From: Klebsormidium nitens
Lineage: Eukaryota > Plantae > Klebsormidiophyceae
Direction of reading: 5' to 3'
Length of the DNA: 64,000 nt
Assembly (NCBI GenBank): GCA_000708835.1
Contig: DF237029.1
Coordinates: 169,527-233,526, forward strand
The translations under genes and the position numbers were made by a program. Shown piece by piece: positions 1 to 12,450 of this stretch. Each line of letters opens with the position of its first letter. Position 1 is the first letter of the stretch. The notes under the pieces were generated by a model. The model did not search any database. It had not been told where the DNA came from and saw nothing but the letters and a program-made list of their open reading frames with translations.

Positions 1-260
1 TTGTCTACTGCGACGCTCCCCCCCGCCCCCGAACGCTCCTCCCCCGCCGAGAATCCCTACCCCCCCGGGGCGTCTTCAGCCCCCCGGGCGTCTTCAGCCC
101 CCCGGACCGCGCCCCCTCCCCCAATCCCCTCCCCCTCCCCAACAACCCGCCTCCGGCCTCTCCCCCTCCGGCGCTCTCCCCCCCTGGTACACCCTTGGCT
201 CCTCCCCCCCCCCTGCTGAATCCGCCTCCGCCGGCCAACCCCCCCCCTCGGGTGCCGTGC
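1..260. repeat. C-rich low-complexity segment with an 18-bp direct repeat; possibly a low-complexity exon of a gene running off the window
   Basis: C-homopolymer-rich sequence; cgtcttcagc at 71 and 89 (period 18). Several overlapping Gly/Pro-rich ORFs, none with a recognisable domain. Confidence 0.35.
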
Positions 261-593
261 ATTCCGAGGCCCCTGAGGCTGAGGTAAAGGCCTTGTACAC
301 AAGCAAAGCGTGCCAACTTATTCGCTCGACCCGGCCTATTTATTTTGGGGGGTAGATTCTTCTTCGAGACGACCAGGAGCTCGCGTTCGGGACACGTCCA
401 CAATCAGCGGAGGACAGAAGTCAGCCCAGGATATTTATGGGTCTGTGGACCGTGTACGTGATGTAAGTTGAGGTAGTAACTCGGCGGAAAAGGGCCAAAT
501 GAGCACCTCGGATTCGAATTCTTCACAAGAGCCAGCCCCGAAGCGGGCACCGCCGATAGGTAGACCTGATTCTTTGTAGCTAGCTAGGCTAAG

Positions 594-830
594 TCAAATG
601 GGAAGATTCTTTGGGCGCGTGTCCGACTCGATTCTTCGAGGATTCGGAGGCCCCTCGTGCAGCCACACCTCGTGGCTTGCGATTTTGGTGTAAGCTATAA
701 CCCAATTTAGCAAGTTGCCGCGTTTTTGTGTAAGAACAATGTCGGATAGAGTAATGGTTAATTTCGGGAAAAACACGTAATAGATTCGCGAGAGGAGCCA
801 TCAGTATAGATAATAGTAGAAATTTGTAGG
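594..830 (-). mobile_element. Possible degenerate retroelement RNase H relic
   Basis: The minus strand reads STIIYTDGSSR around 795-825, resembling the RNase H first catalytic motif (V/I)YTDGS. A frameshifted downstream stretch (TQKRGNLL...IESD) loosely resembles TNxRAEL...TDS. Frames are interrupted by stops and no clear RT motif was found. Confidence 0.25.
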
Positions 831-2105
831 AACCCCGCCGGTTAGCTTAGCGCCGCAAGGAGAAAGCCAACGAACCCAGCACACGCTCTCAACACCTCGT
901 TGAGCGCGTCGATGCTAGTAAGCAACGAACACAGCGCGGTATTGGGTCAAGTGCGCGAACTCTTGTAAGAACATGTCAAAGTAAGTTTGAGCAGGAAAGT
1001 CGAAAGGTCTTGAGCTAGGCGGCCAAGTACTAAGTAGGAACGCGGTCGCCCTCAATCTGTTCTTAACGTATGTGGTTTCGCAAGCCTATAATTGTGGGCC
1101 TTCGACAACAACAATATTGACTTAGCTTGCCATTTCCTGGCAATAGCCCCCCCCGTTCGATGCCACGAACTTCGGTAGACATTCAGGTCGATTAGGGTAT
1201 CCACGAATGTTTGTTGTGCATGCGTGGTGGTCATTTGCTCTAGCTAAGTAGCTAAGTTCGCTGTATGGAGTCCGCAGCTAAGGCAGCCGACTGGATGAAA
1301 GCAGGCTGGTCACGTGTATATGCTCCGCCGGGTGCAACTCATGGTGCTAGGTAGAATACTGCATTGCATTAGCACCGGGTATTATGCAGTCTGCAAATTT
1401 GAGCCTGACGGTGTTTCCGTCTTTATGCCATGGTCTACCCTGTACTCAGACGGCTTGATCGATCGCGCACGCACACCAACTTGGGAAGCATATATATACT
1501 AACACGGAGGGAAGCTGACAGGGATGCATCTTTTGTAATGTAGGGAGTTGCAGGCGTCATGTTTGCCCATGCATGACAAATGATGCCTAGGAAGCAAATG
1601 ATTCCTTGGTCACCTACGACGCATTGACTGATTGCAAATAGCAGATTTGTGCCAGTGTACTTAACAAGTGAATGTCCGAACGGCCTAGCTTGGTAAGACA
1701 AGCAGATCTTGTATGAACGTGGGTTCAAGAGCAACCCACAAAGACCGGGTCGGGCTAAACTACCATATGTCGCTTGTAAGAGTACCTATGTCATGATCTC
1801 TTCGGCTGCGGACCCTATGCCTTAGCTAAGGATGGATCCTTGGCACCACTCCGACTTAAGGACTGAACATAGACTCAATGATACGCCCGTAAAGCTTGCA
1901 TACCTTTGAGAACGACCAACCCAACTTATACCTCACCTTTTTCAAGACTCATTCCAGTCCTAGTGCTACGTACCTACCCCAATGCAAAACCCGGCGACCA
2001 TACCTGATAACACACGCCAGATTCGGCATGCAATCACCTGGAACTTTCCACAGCAGAACACATTCACCCACCTTACCCGAAATAGGGACAACTATCTCCC
2101 CACGC

Positions 2106-5100
2106 TCACGACTCAGCCTCCGTATGCCGCCGCTTGCGTCCCCGCTGGAGCGACGTGATTGCTGACATCGTGCGCAACCGCGGCACGAGTGCACGCTGCA
2201 ATTCCAGCATTAGCGGGGGGGCAGCTTCCAATAGGTCGGCGTACCCCTGGCCCTGAACCACCGCCTCGTACTCTTGCACCGCGAAACTGCGCGAAAAGCA
2301 GGGTTTGCAAAAGTCGGTAAAACCACGCGACAAGCTTGATCCAGTGTCTTGGATGCTTGCAGAAAGAGAAAGGGCTGGACTCTAATCGTTTTCTCACCAC
2401 CGAGCCAGCACAGCGAAGGTCCTCGCGCATTGTGTTCACCCATTGATTCTTCCTTTGTTTTCACGAACTGATACCGACAAAAACTCCCTTCACCAAAAAG
2501 GACGTATGTCTTGTTCTTTGGAAGGCTTGGATTGTAAAGGAAAGGGACTTATATGGCTAGAACGTCAGACGAGGTCGACTGCGCTGTAGCATCCTCTGAT
2601 ATCAGTCCTGAAAACCCTACGAAGGGCTTTGTGTGACCGCTTCCCTGTTGATAACTGATAACTGAAAGTACGTATGCCTATGCCTGTGCAACCGCTTGTA
2701 AACGCCACGTGATCAGACTCTCAGGGACCATCCCGGGGCAACAGCTGCCTTGCAGTCGCGGCCAAAACCATGGTTCTCGCCGCTCTCTCTGAGACTTACG
2801 GCCGTCTAGTGTGTTCGCAGGAAACAGCGGATGCGCAACACCTTCGAGAAACCCTAATGGTCTCAACATCAAGACTAGGTAAGCAGCCACACATATGCAA
2901 ACCGGAGGTTCCCCTGCTCCATACCCGTACCCAGACAACCCCCAAACTACCCACCCGTTCCGAAGGGGCAACTTTAAGACCGTTCCGAACTAAAGAGCGT
3001 TTTTCGAGACCGCGCGCACACGCCCACCTGAGGCAGTGGCTGCGCAGCGCGCGCGCCTCGTGCGTGTCGGCGCTCTGAAGGAGCGCGCAGCAGTTGTCGA
3101 CCGTGACGCTCTTGGTCAGCCGCACCTCGCACTCCGCCTTCAGCTCGTCCAGCAGCAGCATGTTGGCCGCAGCCAGCACCTGCGCCGTGAAAGTGGTCAA
3201 TTTGATGACGGACACTACCGGACGCTTTCGGACAATTTCGACAGTTCTGAAATTTTTTTGGGCAGTTTCGGACGGTCCATTAGCAGCATGTTGGCCGCAG
3301 CCAGTACCTGCGCCGGGAGAGTGTCAGAATTTCTCGGACAGCATCGGACAGTGCCTGACGATTCTGACATCCGAGAGAATCATTCCGAGCGGTCTCGGAC
3401 GTCCATCAGCAGTGTGTTGCCGCCAGCAGTACCTCCGCCACAGAAGCGGACTGGAGGTGGCTCGGAGGAGTGCTCAAAGATAATGAAAGCACCCACAGGC
3501 AGCCTAAGCCCGCAAATGAATCTTCCCACGCCTTTATTGCCCGGTCACCAAACGACGGGGAATGTAAGCTCCCTCAAGGCGGTCAAAAGACTTGAGCGTC
3601 CAAATCAAAAACTTGCTCGGGTCATGCTGCGCCTTCAACCCAGTGGTTGCTTCGCCAACCGGATACCGCCACTAACGCAGCCCTTGCAGTGGGCGTCAGA
3701 ACTCGACGGACATCATCCGTGGACAAGACGATGCCAGTATACCACAAACAGGTTTTCGAAGGCGCCGGCAGCAGTGCTCCGCATCGTCGGATTGAAGAGA
3801 GGATACACGTGTCACACACCCACCCTCAGCTTGGGTGAACACAGCGCTTTTCGTAGATTGCCCTCCGAGCGTTGCCGGAAAAGTTGGACATAACTAATGA
3901 CGATCGATGTGCCTCACCTCGAGTAGCAGGTCGGGTGACACTTCGACCACTCCGCCGTACATGAAGCGGAGCACCACCTGCGGGGACCGAGGGCTCGCTG
4001 AGCCACTCACGGACAGACACGTGTCCTCACGCAAAGGCCTGGTAGCCTTACTAGCGCCAAAAGCCAGCACGATGCACGATCGACAGCCGCATTGGTGATA
4101 AGAACGAAGGTTACGACCGATGACAAGCGGACAATCCGGGCGATTTAAAAAGAGAGGGCGCCCCTATCTGACGCAATGGAGATGCTCTTTCAAAAGGGTT
4201 TCGCAAACAATTCCAGGGGACGCGTGGATCCACCTCGTCCCGCTGAAGAAGCATCCGCTTTACGAGAGAGCTCGAAACAGATGTCAAAAAGGGTTTTGAC
4301 CGTCCTTTTTGGATTACAATCCTTCCTCTTGAGGCAATGTGATAGCATCAAGCGCTCCCCCAAACAGGCCTCGCTATTTCTCAGCTCCCTGGCCGTCCCC
4401 TTGCAATGAGGACCGGTCATTACCGTAGAGAATCGTCGAGCACTCGCTCTCTGTCTCCTTTTCCAGATTTTATCCTTCTTGTCTCTGTCTCTGAGTTCCT
4501 TCGAAGGATGAAGAAGTCATGCCGTTGGTGAACGGGTTAAGGAAAGTGCAAAAGGGCACGTGGCGCATGGGGGCCATACCATGGCGACCTCGTGCGAGAG
4601 GTTGGCGAGCGACACGGAGGGCGCCTTGCTGTCGGCCATGTCGCCGTCGAACAGCGCGCGGAAGTACTCGCTGCGCGCAGCCAGGACGATGCGATGCGCG
4701 GGGATCTGCGGGACAGCACAGCTCGATGTCTGATGTAGAAGCATCGTCGGCCCCTGCTTTTGATAAAATGGCGTACGTACACCTAAAGATGGATGAGCGA
4801 TAGGCCAACAGGAGAACTATGAGCATCCGCTTTCCACAACTGACCGCTGGTTCTCATCTACAATCGACTGAAGATTGCGATTGCTGCGAGTTTTCAAGGC
4901 AGCGTCCGATCCCGCAAGTGAAGAACTATCCAATCAGGCGACAGAATCGATTGACGAGCTGACCGAGGGTCTTCTCCGGCCAGGACCAGGCTGGACGCGC
5001 AACCCGCACCGTTCTCGGCCGCACACGAGTCCAGAGAAGCACACATGGGAACACAGGGCAACATTTAGCGGCCTGCATCGTTGGACTGTCGATTCCTCTC

Positions 5101-8100
5101 CAGAGCGTCACGCGCGGCGACCGCCAAGCGGTTACTTCCTGCCACATGGTCGCCCTCCTCACCTGGGTGCCGTCCGCCACGACGAGCCGGACGTCCGCGT
5201 ACTGGTCCGCGCCGACAGAGCGCAGCATGTCCGTCTGCATCTTCTGGGGCATGCTGCAGCTGTCCTCGGACCCGCGCGCGCCCAGCGCCAGCTCAAACAC
5301 GGTCAAAAACTGCGAGGGAGGACGGGGATGCGTGAGACGGTCACTCTCAAAAACAAAGCCAGTGAGTTTGGTGAAACTAGGCAGGAGAGTCGACTGACTT
5401 CGGATTTTGCAAGCAAGAGGAAAGGGCTTGGGTGTGACCCCTGCAGGAGGAGATTGCGGAAGGCGACTGACTGGGCTTGAGCAATCAATCTGGAGTTGGC
5501 AAGCGAACCCTGTCTCAATTGGACTCAGATGGATTCTGGAGTCGCTCCTGGCCTCGCTTCCTATTTCATGATCGAAAAGAATCTGCTCAAACAGAACTCG
5601 ATCCAGTTCGTGAGCCTCTCATCAAAGTCCCGCTTATCCATTTTGAAGGACGTCGAGAAAGAGCGCTGGAGCCTCCAACCATGGGACAAGGTTGCAACAT
5701 CCCAAGAGCTGATCTGCCGCAGATCCACCAAAAGGGAAGCGTTACCAGCGACTTACTTCGATTGGCTGCTCCACATTGCGGTATCCCCCGAACACGTGGA
5801 GCCCTGCAAGAACCAAACACGGAGACTGTTACGGTGTAGAAACGGTTGCTACCACAGCGGGCGGGCTCGTTTCGTGTCTTTCAAAAAGGGCCTCGACTCC
5901 GAAGCCGACGCTTCTGCGAGGAACAGTGGAGCAGCTGCGATGCGAAGTGAGTGGATGATTCGAGGTTATTGCACAAGAACAGATTAAAAACTCAAGTCAA
6001 CTGCGCCCCATAAGAACTTAACACTGGTATGGTAAAAGTCGTGACGGTTTCGGAAAAGCCGTTCATCGGGCATCGTCATTCACCGGGCTTGATCTAAACA
6101 CTGCTTGCGCCAGCCGTTCAGCAGTTTTAAAGAAGAGGAGAGAGAAAGGTCTGCGAGACTGATCCTCCGTTGACCGAAGGAGAAACGCGCGACAAGGACT
6201 GCAAGCGTGGCAACGCACCTCTGTTCCAGGCGACTCCCGCATGGTCCGCAACATCGGGGGGGTGGAACTCCTCCTTGCAGTGCACCGTTTGCCAGGCCCC
6301 CGTCTGCAGCCAGAAGCCGGATTCTCATTTTCATTTCGTGACACATCTTGCTGGCCACAGTCAGAGGCTTGACTCTGAGTATAGACAAATCGAGCCAGCC
6401 AAGACACATGCTTAAACTGAAAGAAAGAGCGCGCAAGCTGAACGAGTCACTGCGATTCAGGATCTCGTGAGTCTTCCCCACACACGACTTGTAGGTGTAG
6501 TGCCGCTGATAAACGTTGTTGGTTCTTAAAGACAGAGGCTTACTTCTATGTTAAGTGCCGCCGTCAGAGCCGTTGGCACGTGGTCGTCCGATATCCAACC
6601 CCCGAATATTACCATCGACTTGTCAATAACTGCAAAGCGCAAAGGCCGATGTGAGCAATCCACGAAGCTCTTTGTCGACTCTTTCCATGGGAAATTGAGA
6701 GACACCGCGCTTGGTACAACCAGTTCCTCAAGCCAGTCCCGGCGCGCGACGATGACTCGACCTCACGACCGTCGCAAGCAGCACATAATGTCTTCAAAAG
6801 ACAAAATCCGACTAAGGCGATGAACTTCGCAACACAAAAGGAAACCACGCCCCAATCTCAAACAAGACAGAGTAAGATGACAGATAACCCTGACCACCTG
6901 AAAGCCACACGTCAAGGACGTGCTCACTTGACCACTATAACTCCGGAGTCCTTTCTTTTTACAGACAACTGCTTACCTACTGCCGTGTGCTCGCTCCTGG
7001 CGGGGGGCACATCCCCCTGCCCCAGCACAGGGGTCCACACGTTGCGGTTGATGTCAAAGCGCCAGGTGTCGTTCAGGCGATAGGGGCTCTGGTGGCATCC
7101 CCCAAACACGATCAGCTCCTTGTTGTTGACTGCTACGCACGAGTGGCCGGACCGCGGCTGGGGCTTGTTGGGGGCCATCTGAGGAGCGAGAGAGGAACGT
7201 TTGACAATGTTTGAGCAAGTTCGGCTTGTTGCTAACACTGGCAAAGGGCCGAGAGTTGATACTTTGACCATAAATCTGAGCATCGACGTATAAGGCAGCC
7301 GTTCCTACTTTGACAAACGACCCTCATCTCCAGCCCTCAGCTCCTGACGACTTCTTTCCGAAGTCAGATATTTTGAAAAGATCCAGAAGTTGCAACAAAA
7401 TCATGAAGAAGTTACGATGATTTTTAAGAGGCCATGGTGAATCACCTTTTCACTCGACGAAACTTCCGACCAAGTCATGGTCTCGAAGTTGAACCTGTAA
7501 ACGTCATTGCGCCTCTCGCCGGTGGTCGTGTGCTGCACGATCAGAACCAGGTTGGTCGAGTAAGTGCGCAATACATCTCACAAAGAGCAAAGTGATCAGC
7601 TCTTGATTGAGGAAGCCGCTGGTGCAGTCTGCATGTTCGAAGTACTCGCTTGCAAACCGTAGTAGACTGCCTCTTTTGAGAAACCAATGCGACCTTTCCC
7701 AATAACATGCGTCAAGACAGTGAGAAAACTATACTACTGTCTTTTACAGACCTCAATCAACCCTGCTAGTGATGGCAATGAAATATTCATTTGGCTTCTC
7801 CATTGCTTGACGCAGCTATGAGCAGACTTCATCCGAACCAATAGAGGCGACATCCCAGTAACAACACAAGAAAGTTCATCCTCACCCCTGCAATTATGTA
7901 CATTGAGTTTTTGGCCACAACTGCAGCATGGCCCCGACGGGGGCACGGCGCGGGGGACTCATCCAGGGAAGTGACAGGGGCCCAGCGGCAGGTGCGCAGG
8001 TCCAAGTGCCAGAGATCGTTCAGATACTCCTCGTTCGTGCCCGTGGTCTCGCCACCAAACACATACCTGTGAAGTGGAAGAGGACAGAGCATTTGCATGT

Positions 8101-8763
8101 GGAGATGGTTCCTTTACTATTCACGCTAGTGTGCAACACAAATGGGGAAGGGCACGCTCATACGTAGGGGTGCAAACGCTTGCTATTGCGTGGTCGCTTG
8201 TTGAGGTGTTCAACTTGTCGATTTCTCCAACCGAGGATGCAAACATGTAAGAAAGAAGGTAGCTTCATGGGCTGTCAATGCTGCTTTCTCATAGCACACA
8301 CGCCATACCTGTCTGTCACTGACAGTGAATCTAAATCTCTTCATCTGCGCAGAAACCCTGGAACGATCAACCTTCTTCGGTGCTCCGAACCTCCTGCTAC
8401 TCTGCAGCAAGAGAAGACTCTGCATTTCAAGCCTGGAGTAGGATGCTGGCGCGAGCTGACTCACATGCCATGCTCCCAGATGACTGCAGTGTGACCGTCC
8501 CTCTCGCACGGCCCTGGCTCCAGTCCCATTAACAGCTTCCACTCCCCACCCTTCAGACTGTAGCTCAGCACCTCGCTCGAGCACAGGTTCTCCCCAAGGT
8601 GACCCCCAAAGCAGATGATGGAATCATTGTAGAGCGCCGCAGTGTGTCCCGCACGACCTGCGGGGTTGCCATGCCGCCAGTACCCAACTACCGGTGCTGG
8701 ACCTGTCGCATTGGCATTGGGACCGGCCGCAGCGGAGGCGACTGGGGGCCGCGATCGCGGCAT
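2106..8763 (-). CDS. Kelch-repeat + BTB/POZ(-BACK) protein with LZTR1-like architecture; probable CUL3 adaptor, ~550 aa
   Basis: Twelve exons join in frame (1653 nt) with GT-AG ends: 8763-8465, 8066-7886, 7532-7446, 7178-6977, 6629-6544, 6303-6219, 5803-5757, 5309-5163, 4705-4580, 3977-3918, 3179-3028, 2286-2106. Kelch motifs: RAGHTAA..CFGG, RDGHTAV..YVFGG, RSGHSCV..VFGG..LNDTW. BTB motifs: IPAHRIVLAARSEYFRALF, VLRFMYGG, AANMLLLDELKAECE. Confidence 0.88.
3150..3445 (-). repeat. Triplicated ~127-bp unit spanning the intron acceptor and the first ~30 nt of kelch-BTB exon 11
   Basis: agcagcatgttggccgcagccag(c/t)acctgcgccg at 3154 and 3282 (period 128); decayed third copy agcagtgtgttgccgccagcagtacctccgcc at 3408 (period 126). 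Confidence 0.85.
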
Positions 8764-8931
8764 CTTTGGACAAAAGGGCTAGGACCAGGACTCAAAGTTG
8801 TACCATGCCAGGAAGTTGGTGACTGTGGCGCTTTGAAGAGATAGATATACCCCTAGAAGCTCTCCTAAAACTTGCAGCTAGAGAAGAAGACAGAGCTACT
8901 GCGAGGTGGAGCCAAGGGCAGATGTTGAGAA

Positions 8932-8984
8932 TTAGGGTTTGAAGGGCCCAGTTCCCCTCAGTTCTGATCGCAAGTTTAGGGTTT
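8932..8984. promoter_or_regulatory. Two telo-boxes flanking a site II motif in the divergent kelch-BTB/F-box intergenic region
   Basis: TTAGGGTTT at 8932-8940 and 8976-8984; GGGCCCA at 8944-8950. Telo-box plus site II is an established plant promoter module. Confidence 0.45.
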
Positions 8985-9362
8985 GAACTCAAAATATCTT
9001 TGAGAGCATGCTTCAGAAGTGGATCCCTTCTCTCGGGGAGCAAGCGGACGGCGGGGCACTTGTTCTAACGCGGCAGCCAGATCTACGGCGTGCACTTTTT
9101 CTGGGGCCATGGCTGCGCTTTTTCCACAGCTGGCATACCTAGCTTTTCCCTCACCTTGCTGTGCAGAGTCCAGACTGGTCATGGTGACTCATCTGTGACA
9201 GACGTGTGCATGAGCTCTTGTTTCCTCCCTGCGCCATCAGCTCCTGCTTCCCTTCTGTGGCCTTCTTTGGTCTAACAAAGGTTTGACATCGCGCTTTGCC
9301 ATAGTTTAAGGGCAGCGCTCAGCGCCCTCTTATCTTTCAGCAGCAAAACTTGAATTCTCTGT

Positions 9363-11809
9363 ATGGACAACTCGTCGTCCCTGCCGGACGAGCTCTGGCT
9401 TGCAGTCCTCCACGCCGGCATTGACAATCTTGGGTGGGAGTGCCGGGACGTGTGCAGCCTGGGCCTTGTCAGCCGGCGCTTGCATGGGCTGACAGACTCT
9501 AATGACCTGTGGGCCAAGCTGTGGAGTAAGGAATGGCCTGGGGATGTCAAGAAGGAGGATCCCGGCTGCTGGAAGAGGGTCTTCCGCTTCAGGTTGGGCT
9601 CTGAAAGGATTGTTTCTTCTGCCATTTTTAAAGTCGTTTGTAGTAGGTCTGTTGTCTGGTTGTGTTGCAACACTTTGAATCCTTGTTTGAAGAGCCTGGG
9701 TGGGACGTGCTTCCATGCATGTTGCATGGCCTTTCGAACAAGGTTTTGCACGGAGGGGAAAAGTCATCAACTTGTCCTATTGTGAGTATGCCTTTTGGGT
9801 GAGCTGAGGACCATGGGGCATGTTCCAGTCACTTTTGAGAGGACTTTCATAAGTCCAAAGGACAACGACAGCATTCTTGCAGCACATCAAGGGGAAGCAT
9901 TCTTGTTAAGACCTGATGTAAGGTACAAAAGTTTAGGAACTGCAGAACTTGCTAGATTCGAATCCTAGGACATAAAAGCTGGCTTGTCTGACATGCCACA
10001 GAGCTGTTCCATCCTCCTTGATCTGCATTTGCAGTATTAGTGCTGAACTTGTACGGTTAAGTTTGCTTTGTCACAAGGCAAGTAGTTTGATTGTATGTTG
10101 CCCTTCAGACAGCCCGGCAAGAAGCTGGTTTCAATGACCAGGCAATCTAATCACTGGTGTTTTTAGTGAACCTGCTTACTGCTTTGGGGTTCTTCCGGCT
10201 TGTTCTGCATTAGCAGCATTCTGGCTACTGTGTTTCTTGCAGAACAACAGGGAACAAATGGCAAAGGAGATGTCCATCTTTCGATGGCTGCCAAGACATC
10301 GATGTCTTGGCAGCCATCAGCTTGCAGCATTGCCATTTTCAGCCCATGCTTTCCAAGTTATGAAGTGAACGATCCCCAACCTTGCTAGATTCCTCCTGGG
10401 CAGGTATGAGCGAGAGGCGACACAGCGCAAGATGGCCCACAACCGAAAGGTGCTGCGGCTGCAGAGCAAGGCCGCTGTGCTTCGGCGAGACGCACGAACC
10501 GACGAGAGGACCCTGCAGGATGAATGTGGACGCCTGGTCACGACGCAAGGGAAGCTGAAGGAGCTCGAGCAACAAAGGTGGGTGGTGTTTTCCAAGAACT
10601 CTTGGAGCAACCAGACAGGGGATGGTGGAAGGGCCCAAAACGCCTCTTTCACAGAGCTTCCATTGTTTGATATTCAAACGCCTCTTCCACGAAACTCCCG
10701 GTTCGAGGACAGGCGACCAGTAAGACTCTCATAGGAGTTTCACTGCCATGCTAAACCTGGTTCTAGTGCTTTCCTTCTTCAAACTGGTGCACTGCTCACT
10801 CAAATGGCTGAGGAATTTCGGGTGCTTCCAGGCAGGCGTCCGCTGCGGTCCAGGTCTGGCAGCCGGTCGCCGTGCACAATCGGCTGTCTGACCTCTTGGA
10901 GCAGCAAGCTGTCCCCATCGGCGCCCAGGCTGAAGCCCTGCGGCACGAGCTGGCGGTGTGTGAGCTGCGGATTGCGCAGCTGCGGAGAAGCAAGGTGGGG
11001 ATAGAGAATTTGTGAACGGTTGCACTTGTTGCATTCAAGTATTTGAGATGGCTTGCCTTTGAACATGATGGATTCTGTCGTGGAATGAAACAGGGAGAAG
11101 ACCGGCAGCACTGATGCGTCTCCTTGACTAGGTGCCCCCGTTTTCAGCGAAAGGTGGGGCGTGAGGTGTCAGTGTCAAACTCGAGCTAGCAGTTAGAGAT
11201 TCTTAGTGGAGTTGGTTCGCTATACATGTCCTCCTTCGGTCTAATCAGCGTTCGCTTACCTGTCGAAATTGCGGATCCAGAACTTCTTAGTATTTGATGA
11301 GGTGTGGTATCCTTTGGCAGAAACGGAAGCTCGCGGAGGCGGACGAGATTGACAGCCGGGTGGCGCACTTACAATACGACCCTGTGACTGCCCTCGCGGA
11401 GGAGCGGCAAAGTCGAAGGAGAGATGCGGCTCGCAAAGAGTCAGTCAGGGCTGAGCAAGCTGCGGCTGAGAAGGCTGCTTTCGAAGCACAGCGCGAAAAG
11501 AGGGAGGAGCCGGTGCTAAACGAAAAGGGGGCAGATGTCGAGCATTCGGCACTAGCGAGTCATAGACAGCCGAAACGAGCTCGAGTTGAGAAGGACTCGA
11601 GCGTCGTACATAGGGAAAGCAGCACATCGTATTGCAGTGGGGGAAGTGTCGACCAAAAGCTTAGTGGTGATGGGGGGCAGTCGTTGAATTGTGAAGGTGA
11701 GAGTAGGGAACCCAGGAGGCGAAGCCTGGCGCACATAGATTGGTCGAAGGTTGGTATGCGGCCAGCTTCGCCCCAGTTGTCCACTATCACGAGCAAGCAG
11801 CGAATTTGA
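9363..11809 (+). CDS. SKIP24: F-box protein, SKIP24-like, ~351 aa
   Basis: Exons 9363-9592, 10404-10577, 10832-10994, 11321-11809 join in frame (1056 nt). N-terminal F-box LPDELWLAVL..DVCSLGLVSRRL..LW, coiled coil YERE..AHNRKVLR, QASAAVQVWQP..EQQAVP, and LQYDP match the SKIP24 pattern (QASVALNVWQP, EQNAVP, KYHP). Confidence 0.82.
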
Positions 11810-12450
11810 GTTATCGGTGATGTCGGGGTGTAGTTAGGGAAAAAACAATTCTGGTGCACAGGTTTGAAAAAGTCACTCGTTACAGCCGTTGTTTGTGACG
11901 CGGCTGTTCGTCTGCATGATCCTGCTGCACGCGGCAGCCTGCGGCTGAGAAGTCTCAATGTTGGACGATTATCATGCATCATGAGTGATTGACATGCATC
12001 AAAGTTGGACGACTGCATCGGTCAAACCTGCAGCTCAGTAGCCTGGGCGGCGCGATGCCTGAATCTGGCTAGGAACATATGTACATCCGGGGCCGTAGCG
12101 GCGGCGGCGTCGCTACCATACACATTCTATTGCATTCATGAGTTTGGTCGCGGCCATATATATCCATCATCACGATATCCTGTGATTTCTTGAGGCAATG
12201 ATACTGCTACGATCGCGAATCGGGGTCTGGCTGTAGGCACATGTCCGACATGCACCCTCTAGAAATCAAGCCTGCATGGCTATATATATATGATTGAATG
12301 ACTCGTATGATTGTACTTATGACCTTATCAGGAGGAAGAAGACCTATTGAATCACCAGTATGTACACAGTGTATCAGTCTGTACATCACCTGCAAAAGTC
12401 GACTACATAGCGGCCCCCAACGTGCGTCTGATCCAGCTTTGCGTGCAAGA

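Noticed and set aside
3036-3893. 285-aa plus-strand ORF
   Set aside because: Antisense to a BTB exon and its duplicated intron; no domain, and explained by GC-rich antisense openness.
4875-5480. 201-aa plus-strand ORF and neighbours
   Set aside because: Antisense to kelch-BTB exon 8 and introns; no recognisable motifs.
8792-9182. Minus-strand ORFs upstream of the kelch-BTB ATG
   Set aside because: No domain and no splice link to exon 1; they lie in the promoter/UTR region containing the telo-boxes.
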